NCBI GenBank assembly: GCA_028706295.1
Contig: JAQWBQ010000011.1
Span: forward strand, 10,506 to 74,505
Reading direction: 5' to 3'
DNA: 64,000 bases
From: Bacteroidales bacterium
Lineage (GTDB): Bacteria > Bacteroidota > Bacteroidia > Bacteroidales > FEN-979
Of this stretch, positions 1 to 8,342 are shown piece by piece. The position numbers were made by a program, and so were the translations under genes. Each line of letters opens with the position of its first letter. The stretch's first letter is position 1. The notes beneath the pieces are model-generated. The model made no database searches, was not told where the DNA came from, and saw only the letters and a program-made list of their open reading frames with translations.

Positions 1-1
1 G

Positions 2-715
2 ATCAGTTACCGGATCAACCAGATAACCAACGCTAACAGCAAAGTAGTTCAGGTGAAAACAGAATTTATCACCGAGGCCATGGGTGCCTATCTGCATAAC
101 GCATTTGCATTTCAATTGCCTTCTGCTCCCGACATGGTCACTTCGGTTTCGGGATATTCGCTGAAACACAACCTGGTGACGCTTTCTGCCAACGGAACAG
201 AGGCCGGACAATCGAAAGCGGTTGTCGTGGTTTACGACGATGCCTACGACCGCCTTCCGCCTCCCGGAATCGGGGTGGGATCAAATACCGAGAAAGGGGC
301 GCCCTATATTACACCGGATACCATCAGGCTGACCATTAACTATAATGCAGGAGGAATCAGCGCTTCCCAGGCCGGAACGCCGCCCTACAATCCTTTCATC
401 ATCGTGGGAGGCAACAGGAATCGTGAAGTTCATCTTTCCGATTACGCGCCTACCGACCTGGTGAACGGTTCCGATTTCGGTACTTACGACGACGACAGCC
501 GGCCTGATCAGAATCGCTACTACAAGACAAAAACCAACCTGCCCTGGGCCATTCACATCGCAGGGAAGTTCAGCTATGTCTATGAGCGGCAGGCAGTGAA
601 CACCGGGTACCTGAAATTCAACCAGTGGGCCGAAAGTTCGGGATCTTCCTATCCCGACTGGTATAGCAATACGGAATCTGGTTATCGCGACAATTCAAAG
701 ATCTACACCCACTAA
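2..715 (+). CDS. LruC domain-containing protein, C-terminal fragment (5' end lies outside the window)
   Basis: The frame is open back to the window edge, upstream of the listed ORF 53..715. The C-terminal sequence 'YKTKTNLPWAIHIAGKFSYVYERQAV...YLKFNQWAESSG..YPDWY' resembles the conserved LruC-domain tail as I remember it from Bacteroidota proteins. Confidence 0.5.
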   Translation: MSYRINQITNANSKVVQVKTEFITEAMGAYLHNAFAFQLPSAPDMVTSVSGYSLKHNLVTLSANGTEAGQSKAVVVVYDDAYDRLPPPGIGVGSNTEKGAPYITPDTIRLTINYNAGGISASQAGTPPYNPFIIVGGNRNREVHLSDYAPTDLVNGSDFGTYDDDSRPDQNRYYKTKTNLPWAIHIAGKFSYVYERQAVNTGYLKFNQWAESSGSSYPDWYSNTESGYRDNSKIYTH

Positions 716-756
716 ACGGTACCCTGTCGGGGTGCCCTCACCCTGACGGAGTTCCC

Positions 757-1446
757 TCACACGGTCGGGATCGTCCCGGGTAAAACGGTGGGATCATCAG
801 TTAAATAAACGGGCGTCCCCTGCGGGTTGCGAATCATCAGCACCTTCCCGTAATCGTCGGACCACTGGTCTTGTTCAACCCTTTTCCATTCTCCTTTTCC
901 CAACACGGCGATCGTTTCACCCGCTTCAATGACCCCTTCGCGGTACCTCAGTGTCCGGTTCCACCCGATCATGTTAGTACTCTCCTTGCCATGCCGGCTG
1001 AGATATCGCTCGAGGTTCTCTTGTGCATCATGCATGAAACCGGATGCATATTTCCGGTCCTGGATGATGTAACTTTTCACATTGCTGCAATCGACCACCG
1101 CACAGTACTTTCCATCGCGTATGCCAAACTTGCCGGCAACCTCTTCCTCAATATATTTTTGCCAGTGAGCACCTTTCCCGGTGCTGACCTGTTGCTCGAT
1201 CAAGACATAATAATAAGCACACTTTCGCCCGGAAAGCGGCGCCGTAAGCGGTTCACCGGTTAATTCAACCTTGCCTGTTATCCGTGCAGTCTCACCCTCG
1301 ACGAAATTTGAGATCCTCCTTGCAGTGGCTTTTTTCAGCTTCCGTCTGACCACCGACTTTTTACTGAAGTAATTTGCTGACCAGATGATCGAGCCGGTGA
1401 TCAGAACGCCGGCAATGATCGCGATGATCGCGGTATTCGTTTCCAT
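757..1446 (-). CDS. N-terminally membrane-anchored protein, possibly GIDE-domain family
   Basis: 229-aa ORF with one N-terminal TM helix (AIIAIIAGVLITGSIIW). The following 'ARITGKVELTGEPLTAPLSGRKCAYYYV' pattern recalls bacterial GIDE (PF12483-like) proteins. The family call is from memory only. Confidence 0.5.
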   Translation of the reverse strand: METNTAIIAIIAGVLITGSIIWSANYFSKKSVVRRKLKKATARRISNFVEGETARITGKVELTGEPLTAPLSGRKCAYYYVLIEQQVSTGKGAHWQKYIEEEVAGKFGIRDGKYCAVVDCSNVKSYIIQDRKYASGFMHDAQENLERYLSRHGKESTNMIGWNRTLRYREGVIEAGETIAVLGKGEWKRVEQDQWSDDYGKVLMIRNPQGTPVYLTDDPTVLPGTIPTV

Positions 1447-1495
1447 ACAGCATAAATGTATGCAGACAAAGGTACCCTGTTTTGGGTTGTCCTCC

Positions 1496-2620
1496 TTACA
1501 AATTTGCGAGTAAAACGATGGTGGCGATCATAAATGATTGCGCTGGTATACCAGTATCACAATTAGCCACGACGATTAGCGTGGTTTTCCTGGCGGAGTT
1601 GTACCAAACCTGCGTATTGAAACCGGGCATGGTACCCGGGTGGCCAACCCATAACTCTTTCTTATACTTAGCCGATTCAACACAGAAACCATAGTTGTCG
1701 GAACCGAAGTTAAAGCGTTCGGTTTTCATGGCTTCCGACAGCAAAGCTCCATCGGCCAGGTAACGGGCCCACTTTTTCATATCCGCAAGATTGGAAACCA
1801 TCGCTCCGGCTGTATAACCCCAGGAGGGATTCCAGTTCGTGGTATTCAACATCCCTTCATCCCTGATGGTATATCCATGGGTATAAGGGGTATTCATATA
1901 GAACGGGCCTCCCAAATAGGTCCTGGTCAGATTCAGGGGAGCAGTCACTTTTTCACGGATAACATCAGCGGCCGGTTTCCCGGTAATTTTTTCCAGTAAA
2001 ACCCCGAGTAACACCGTATTGGTATTGCAGTATTCGTATGCCGTGCCCGGAGGGAAGTTCAGCGGATGACGGAATGAAGCTGCAAGCAGTGAATCGGGCG
2101 GGAATTCCAACGTGTAGCCGCTGGCAATAAAGGGTTCCCAGAATTCCGGGTCATCGGAATAGTTGAACAACCCGCTCCTCATGTTCCCCAGCATGCGAAC
2201 GGTAATGATGTCGCCAGATGGTATATGATATTCAGGAAGGTAAACTGAAATGGCGCTGTCCAGATGGATCAATCCTTCATCGGCGAGCATCATGACCGCG
2301 GTGCCTGTAAAGGTCTTGGTGACACTGGCAATCCTGAAAGAATTGTTTTCATGCATCGGCTCGTTGGTTGTAAGATTTGAGGTTCCCCGTTTGATAATGT
2401 AATCCGGTTCACCTTCCACCGATAGGAGTGCAATGATCCCGGGTGCATAAGTCTTCGGGAAAACACTGTCAGCCATGGCTTCCAGTTTAGCCTTGACTTT
2501 CGGTGTCAGAATTTTAGCCGCTGAAAGATTATCGTAATCTGTCGATTCCTTCTTACAGGAAGTTATCACCTGTGCGCCGATCAGCAAAACCATAAAAAAG
2601 AAGTGTGCCGTTTTCTTCAT
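1496..2620 (-). CDS. Serine hydrolase, beta-lactamase / class C-like family, lipoprotein
   Basis: 374-aa ORF with a signal peptide and lipobox (VITSC). It has an SxxK motif (ASVTKTF) and 'YEYCNTN', typical of the beta-lactamase/transpeptidase-like fold. Confidence 0.8.
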   Translation of the reverse strand: MKKTAHFFFMVLLIGAQVITSCKKESTDYDNLSAAKILTPKVKAKLEAMADSVFPKTYAPGIIALLSVEGEPDYIIKRGTSNLTTNEPMHENNSFRIASVTKTFTGTAVMMLADEGLIHLDSAISVYLPEYHIPSGDIITVRMLGNMRSGLFNYSDDPEFWEPFIASGYTLEFPPDSLLAASFRHPLNFPPGTAYEYCNTNTVLLGVLLEKITGKPAADVIREKVTAPLNLTRTYLGGPFYMNTPYTHGYTIRDEGMLNTTNWNPSWGYTAGAMVSNLADMKKWARYLADGALLSEAMKTERFNFGSDNYGFCVESAKYKKELWVGHPGTMPGFNTQVWYNSARKTTLIVVANCDTGIPAQSFMIATIVLLANL

Positions 2621-2762
2621 GATATCGTTGTTTGAATAGGTAATATTGACCCTGACCTGTTTCCGGATGTGCGAATATAACCCCGTGGTAAAAGAAACAC
2701 AAAGCTACAAATAAACAAAAAGAATAAGGAAATAAGGAGATCCCCACCCCGACGGGGTCCCC

Positions 2763-3683
2763 TCAGTGAGCCGTGGGCGCAGTCTTTCTGATTGGTAAGT
2801 TCCGCGAAGGCTCTCGGCCATATCCGCTGATCAGGATACTGTCGTCAGTCAGGGTCACCGTTGCAAAGGCATTGACAGGGGTGTCGACCATTCCATGGAA
2901 ATTCACCAGGTGGATGCCATCTTTTTCCTGGTAACCGCCAGCATGGTAATGACCACAAAACCATGCTTTTACGCAGGAATAGGGTCGGATCAGGGCGAAG
3001 ATTTCACGGTTGTTGAACAGAGTATGGTTGTGGGGGGCAACCAAGGGAAAATGACACAGCAGGATAACCTTTTTCCCTTCTTCCTCTGCCCGGGATAACT
3101 GTTCTTTCAGCCATTGAGCCTGGGCTTTGCCGATCCCCCCGTTCCAGGCCATACCTGAAAACCGAAGGCTGGAGAACAGGTCGGCAACCATATCATTCCG
3201 TTCTTGTTTTTGCGCTTTTGATTGGGGGGCAAAGTAGCTCAGATCGTTTCCATTCAACGCCAGAAACAGCCAACCGCCCAGATCGACTGCATAATAGCTG
3301 TTTTGCAGGCCAAGAAGGCCGGGCACCTCCTGTTTACGCGCCCCGCGGATCATGTAATCGTGGTTGCCAGAAACCGGATAAAAAGGCGCTGTAAGATTTC
3401 TGAACCGGGGGAGAACACTATCGTAACTTTCGTACTGATGATCGATCATGTCGCCCAGACAAAAGACTGCATCCAGGGGCAATGTATTGAAGGTTGCGAC
3501 ACAACTGTCGAGTTTGGCCGCCGATAACCGGTAATTCCGGACGCCCAGCGGATCGCAGTCGCAATATTGCACGTCGGTCAGAATGCCCAGGACAAGGGGT
3601 TTGGATGGCTGTGCCCATACGCCGATCCAAAGTACCGCAAACCATACTGAAAAGAGTCCTCTATTTTTCATTAAAATCATCAT
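2763..3683 (-). CDS. Metallophosphoesterase (calcineurin-like)
   Basis: 306-aa ORF with a signal peptide. The phosphoesterase motifs GDMIDH, GNHD and GHYH are present. Confidence 0.8.
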   Translation of the reverse strand: MMILMKNRGLFSVWFAVLWIGVWAQPSKPLVLGILTDVQYCDCDPLGVRNYRLSAAKLDSCVATFNTLPLDAVFCLGDMIDHQYESYDSVLPRFRNLTAPFYPVSGNHDYMIRGARKQEVPGLLGLQNSYYAVDLGGWLFLALNGNDLSYFAPQSKAQKQERNDMVADLFSSLRFSGMAWNGGIGKAQAQWLKEQLSRAEEEGKKVILLCHFPLVAPHNHTLFNNREIFALIRPYSCVKAWFCGHYHAGGYQEKDGIHLVNFHGMVDTPVNAFATVTLTDDSILISGYGREPSRNLPIRKTAPTAH

Positions 3684-3806
3684 TTTCTTACCCTTTTCTC
3701 CGTGAATCTCTGTGGCTTCTCTGTGGTTCTCAGTGTAATAAATTTCACTGAAGAAAAATTGTTGAATATCCGGGCTTGATCCTATTGTGATAACAACCTG
3801 TTTTTA

Positions 3807-4766
3807 TCAGCATTTCTGTTCCGAATCGGCATTATTTACCAAACTATTTTGCCCACCACCGAGATAAGGCTTGGGCAGGATGTTGAACGATAAATCGGGG
3901 AAGACAGCGTTCAGCTTCGTGTACATTCGTCCTTGAATAAACGCGGTCTGAGCCACGGATGTCGCTTCATCAAAATACACCTCAATGTCGATAAACACCC
4001 TTCTTCCCGACCGGCGGGTAAGGATGTTGCCAATGTTTTGGTAATTCGGAAATTCATCAGCAAGAACCCGCAAAATCCTGAGCTGTTCATTTTCGGATAT
4101 CGGAAAATCAATAAGTTTCAGAAAATTTTTCTTGATGAGGCCGACTGCCAGATAGATGAGGTAGCCGGTGCCGATCAGAGATGCCACCGCGTCGGCGTAG
4201 GCGGTGAAAAGATGGTGACCGCGGATTGACAGAATCAGGTTGATCAACAGCACGATGACCACACAAAAAGCGCCAATGGAGTCTGCTTTGAAAATGGCCT
4301 GGTACGCCTCGGCAATGGGACTTCCGGTTTGCCTGGTGATCCTGCGCGAAATGAGGAATAACCAGATTGCCCGGATGAGTTTAATGATCATGATGAGCTC
4401 CGGCAACCCAAATGTGATGTCCATGCGGGGGTGGATCAGCCGTTGGATGCCAAACCAGATCAGAATGATACCGCCCGGAAGACTTAAAGTGCCATAAAGA
4501 AAACCGGAGAAATTTTCCAGTTTGCCTGTACCGTATGTGTGCTTCAGGACAGAAGGACGCATCATGAAACGAACAGAGATGAATGAAAAAATATGCACGA
4601 TGAAACAGCAGGCCATGTCGACCGTGGAGACCCAAAGAATGAGAGAATGGCTCCGGATACTTCCCGCGAGACTGACAGCGCTCAAAAGAAAAAAAGAGTA
4701 AAAAACAAAGTCTATTAATTTCTTCATTTCTTTCGTTACAAAAGCATCATTGGATTTGTACGACAT
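3807..4766 (-). CDS. Cation diffusion facilitator (CDF)-like membrane protein, atypical
   Basis: The ORF runs to 4952, but the ATG at 4766 (MSYKSND...) precedes the first TM helix and removes an AT-rich low-complexity extension. It has six TM-like segments and a 'YGTGKLENF' loop equivalent to the CDF 'GYGRAE' motif. The C-terminal 'ILRVLADEF...RRSGRRVFIDIEVYF' resembles the CDF cytoplasmic domain. Confidence 0.6.
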   Translation of the reverse strand: MSYKSNDAFVTKEMKKLIDFVFYSFFLLSAVSLAGSIRSHSLILWVSTVDMACCFIVHIFSFISVRFMMRPSVLKHTYGTGKLENFSGFLYGTLSLPGGIILIWFGIQRLIHPRMDITFGLPELIMIIKLIRAIWLFLISRRITRQTGSPIAEAYQAIFKADSIGAFCVVIVLLINLILSIRGHHLFTAYADAVASLIGTGYLIYLAVGLIKKNFLKLIDFPISENEQLRILRVLADEFPNYQNIGNILTRRSGRRVFIDIEVYFDEATSVAQTAFIQGRMYTKLNAVFPDLSFNILPKPYLGGGQNSLVNNADSEQKC

Positions 4767-4984
4767 CGGGCTTCGATGATAAAATGTTGGTTCTTTTAAA
4801 AAGTAATCGGGTAAAATTAAATGAAAAAGTAAGAAGTAAAGAGAAATGTTCACACGGGAAGGAACATAAACACTTATTTGGTATACATTATCTGATTCGG
4901 AATGATATTTTTTACCTTTGACAATCTGCTGCGGTCGGAAACCTGGAAACAACTGCTTGCCGGATTGTTAAAAGTTTTTACAGT

Positions 4985-5950
4985 ATGAATTTCAACGAAG
5001 AATTCAAGAGCCTGAGAATGATCAGTGGGATCAGTCTCATCACTTCGCTCATCATCACCCCGCTCTCCATTGCTTTTTCAGTGATCACGGGCTCGGTCAC
5101 CCTGCTTATCTATTTTATCTGGGCCGCTACCGCTATTGCCGTGAAGCTCTTTGCCCTTATCTCCCTGCAAATCATGCAGAAGGAAAACCTGTTCATGTTC
5201 CCGTACGGCACGGGAAAACTTGAAAATTTTTCCTCCTTTTTCTTCGGATGCTCCATCGTACCGGTGGGGATATATTTTCTTATCGACGCTTTGGTGAGCC
5301 TGTTCGCTCCTTTGCCTGCAGTCACTTACCTGCTTTGCCTTGCGCCGGTTGTGCTATCGTTTCTCCTCACCCTGGGGCTGCTGTGTTACACCGACCGGCT
5401 CCTTCGCCGGAATAACAACCCATCGCCCCTGCTGAAGGCTTACAATGTTAATTTCAGGGTATCCCTGGCCTCCGACGGATTCCTCATGCTTGGTTTCCTG
5501 GCAGGCTACATCCTCTCGGCTAACGGTGCTCAGTTTCTCAGCCTCCGCATCGATCCTTTTCTTTCCATACTTCTTTCATTGTACATGATCAGGGTCGGAT
5601 TACCACTGATCATCCATAATTTCAGATCACTTGTAGACCTGCCCCTGCCTGAAAAAGAGATGCTGAAGATCCTCCGGGTGATCGCCGGGTTCAACCACCA
5701 TTATTCCGAATTGGGACTGATTTTCTCGAGAAGGAGCGGTAAACACAGGATTGTTGAGATCGAACTGTACTTCCCGTCAACAGCCAAGCTGCAGGATATT
5801 TACGCCGTTGAAAAGGAAATGGCATCCGCACTGCAAAACCTCATTCCCGGACTGAATTTCAGGTTACTTCCTAAAATTTTAGAAACGCAAGGCCTGGATC
5901 AGCCATTGACAAACCTGACCAGCGAAAACCAGCCTGGAGGATCAGTGTAG
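4985..5950 (+). CDS. Cation diffusion facilitator (CDF)-like membrane protein, atypical paralog
   Basis: 321-aa ORF, paralogous to 3807..4766 (shared 'PYGTGKLENFSSFFFG' and 'ILRVIAGF...SRRSGKHRIVEIELYF'). The two genes are divergently arranged across a 218-bp intergenic region. Confidence 0.6.
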   Translation: MNFNEEFKSLRMISGISLITSLIITPLSIAFSVITGSVTLLIYFIWAATAIAVKLFALISLQIMQKENLFMFPYGTGKLENFSSFFFGCSIVPVGIYFLIDALVSLFAPLPAVTYLLCLAPVVLSFLLTLGLLCYTDRLLRRNNNPSPLLKAYNVNFRVSLASDGFLMLGFLAGYILSANGAQFLSLRIDPFLSILLSLYMIRVGLPLIIHNFRSLVDLPLPEKEMLKILRVIAGFNHHYSELGLIFSRRSGKHRIVEIELYFPSTAKLQDIYAVEKEMASALQNLIPGLNFRLLPKILETQGLDQPLTNLTSENQPGGSV

Positions 5951-8268
5951 ATATTCGCGGGAGTCAGATTCATGACCGCGGAAAACCCTTCAATATCCGC
6001 CGGAGTATATTTATGGGAGTTTTCGGTATGTATTCTTTCGCCTTTGCGAAATGACAGAACCCGGTCGAAGCCGTGAATAACGGTTTCAAGATCCCTTTTA
6101 GCCACTAGATACATCTCAACACGGTGGTTGTCCTCGTTGTAAACGGCCTGGTGTTCGAAATCACTGCTGTTAAATCCGGTTCCCGCGAGGGCGTTGACGG
6201 CGTTCAGGATATTCAGGTTGAATGCTGCTGTAATACCCTGCCGGTCGTTGTACGCATCGTGAAGCATCCGCCGGTCTTTGACCATATCAAGGCCCAACAG
6301 GAATACAGCTCCCGGTTCCATCAGTTTTTTTATTCTTAACAGGAATTCATGGGCAACAGCAATATCCATGTTCCCGATAGTACTTCCGAAAAAGCAAAAA
6401 AGTTGTCGGCTGTTTCCGTTAATGGCCGGCAGTACTTTCATGAAATCAGCGACAATTGCATGAACGCGAAGAGCGGGGTACCGTTCCTTCAATCCGGCTG
6501 CCGATGTGGTCAAAGCCGATTTACTGACATCCACCGGGAAGTAGCGGACATCCCCGATCCGGTCTTCGGAAATGGCATCAAGGAGCATGGCAATTTTTAC
6601 ATGGTTTCCGCTGCCCAGCTCAATGATATCAAGGGTACTGAAATCACCAAGAATTGAATTAGCGTAGGTTTTCAGGATCGAAAGTTCGGTGCGTGTCGGA
6701 TAATATTCAGGCAGCGCGGTGATTTGTTCAAACAGGAGCGACCCCTTTTCATCGTACAAGAAATGGCAGGGAATATACTTTTTTTCACTGGTCAATCCTG
6801 TAATAAGCTGTTGAACAAGCTCAGCCTTCTTTTCGTTCTCAAGCAGGTTTGTTATCATAAAACCTGCGTCATCGCGCTCCCCGTAGGAACTTTCGGGTGA
6901 AAAGAGGGCGGGCATCTGAACCGGGATTCCCACGTCGACCAGATTGGCAGGATCGGCGCTCCATTCCAGCCATCCGCCATCGTATACCGACACCCGGGGC
7001 CACCCCATGAGCCAGGCATTGAACCAGGCTTCGCTTCCCCGCCATCCGGTGCCGCAGTAGAACGCAAGGCGCTTTTCGGGGACGATCCCGTTCTTTTTCC
7101 AGTTGGCGCTGATCTCGTGGTATTCGCGACAGGTCAGATCCAGATTCCGGTAATGCTCCATGTGGTAGGCATCGCTGCCCCCGTCGGCAAATAATGCTCC
7201 GGGAATCCTCCCTTTTTTGTCGATATAATGATATCCCGAAACGGCGCCGATGTATTCAGGCCAGCTCCTGACGCAGACCAGCGCGGCATCGGGCGAAGCG
7301 AGATATTCCCGGGCTTCAGGAAGGTCGATGATGAGTTCGGGATTCGCGGGGATAAATCCTCCGAAATCGGCTACCGGTTTTCTAGGTTCATCGGAATAGG
7401 AGATTTTAAAACCTTCATCGCTCCACGACTGGAACCCACCGTTAAGCGTCCTGACATCCTTCACTCCTGCGTACATCAGGATGGAGGCGACCCGCAGGGC
7501 TCCGATATCCCCGGCAGCGCTTCCGGGGAAGGCGTCCCTGTGGTCGGGATCCATGTACTTGCCATAAACAACTACGGTTGTATCGGCAGTGATCCCATGC
7601 GCCTCAAATACGCTTTTCAACGTTGGCGGACTGCACCGGTTCCAGTCGCCCGGGGTCTCCACAGCAAGGGTGTCGATATCGATGGCGCCCGGTATATGTC
7701 CCGAAAGGTAGGCCTCCCGGTTGCGGTAATGAACATGCAGGATGATGAAGCGTTCAAATCCCGGATGTTCCGTCGGAAGTCCGTTGATTTTGGATCGAAC
7801 CCAGGAGGCCGGAACCAGGTGGCGGTAATGGGGCAGAAATTCCATCGGCATCTCATCGCGGGAGACCCAGTCATCGACGAAACGACGGTAAACCGAAACA
7901 TCGGAATAACCTGCTTTTATGAAACAATTCGCGACTTGATCCGCAGGGCTGTCGTTGTACCCGTAGAGAATGATCTTTTCACCCGGGAGAATGTTCTTGT
8001 TCCTCACCGTTTCGATCCAGTCGATATAGTTTGTCCATTTTGCCGGCAAACTCCTTGCGCCGGGGATATGACCTCCCCGCACCTCATCCCGCAGTTTCCA
8101 TCCGTTGTAAGCATCGACAGGCCTGATGTCGATCAAGTGAACCCCTGTCATCCCCAAAAGGCGCTTCAACTCCGCGGTGGAGCATTCCCTTATTGTTCCG
8201 GCCATGGACTTTTTTTTGATCCGTATATCAACCGACATTTGACGATCTTGCGGATTCACTGATCGCAA
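5899..8268 (-). CDS. Fusion protein: EanB-like rhodanese-domain sulfurtransferase (N-terminal ~470 aa) plus EgtD/EanA-like L-histidine N-alpha-methyltransferase (C-terminal ~320 aa)
   Basis: The N-terminal part has repeated rhodanese modules (GHIPGA x3) and the active-site loop 'AFYCGTGWRGSEAW'. The C-terminal part aligns by eye with mycobacterial EgtD: 'LFEQITALPEYYPTRTE', 'IIELGSGNHVKIAMLL', 'YFPVDVS', 'FFGSTIGN', 'GITAAFNLNILNAVN', 'FEHQAVYN...RVEMYL'. The start codon is uncertain (8268, 8238 or 8205). Confidence 0.75.
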   Translation of the reverse strand: MRSVNPQDRQMSVDIRIKKKSMAGTIRECSTAELKRLLGMTGVHLIDIRPVDAYNGWKLRDEVRGGHIPGARSLPAKWTNYIDWIETVRNKNILPGEKIILYGYNDSPADQVANCFIKAGYSDVSVYRRFVDDWVSRDEMPMEFLPHYRHLVPASWVRSKINGLPTEHPGFERFIILHVHYRNREAYLSGHIPGAIDIDTLAVETPGDWNRCSPPTLKSVFEAHGITADTTVVVYGKYMDPDHRDAFPGSAAGDIGALRVASILMYAGVKDVRTLNGGFQSWSDEGFKISYSDEPRKPVADFGGFIPANPELIIDLPEAREYLASPDAALVCVRSWPEYIGAVSGYHYIDKKGRIPGALFADGGSDAYHMEHYRNLDLTCREYHEISANWKKNGIVPEKRLAFYCGTGWRGSEAWFNAWLMGWPRVSVYDGGWLEWSADPANLVDVGIPVQMPALFSPESSYGERDDAGFMITNLLENEKKAELVQQLITGLTSEKKYIPCHFLYDEKGSLLFEQITALPEYYPTRTELSILKTYANSILGDFSTLDIIELGSGNHVKIAMLLDAISEDRIGDVRYFPVDVSKSALTTSAAGLKERYPALRVHAIVADFMKVLPAINGNSRQLFCFFGSTIGNMDIAVAHEFLLRIKKLMEPGAVFLLGLDMVKDRRMLHDAYNDRQGITAAFNLNILNAVNALAGTGFNSSDFEHQAVYNEDNHRVEMYLVAKRDLETVIHGFDRVLSFRKGERIHTENSHKYTPADIEGFSAVMNLTPANIYTDPPGWFSLVRFVNG

Positions 8269-8342
8269 AGATATATTTAATTCAAAGTACTCCGGGATCG
8301 GAAGCGACGGAGTTTTTGGGAGCCACAGTAAGAATTACCTGA

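Noticed and set aside
5899-5950. 52-nt tail-to-tail overlap between the CDF-like gene and the EanB-EanA gene, as a possible regulatory antisense arrangement
   Set aside because: The last ~17 codons of the CDF-like ORF look like an unconserved polar extension (ENQPGGSV) that happens to stay open. The overlap is most simply incidental.
7228-8262. 344-aa ORF antisense to the EanB-EanA fusion gene. Similar long antisense ORFs occur at 40896-41957, 13286-13987, 46777-47430, 44507-45160 and 28519-29292.
   Set aside because: Each lies fully inside, and opposite to, a gene with clear family motifs in GC-rich DNA, where stop codons are rare on the antisense strand. Their translations are low-complexity (R/G/P-rich) with no recognisable domains.
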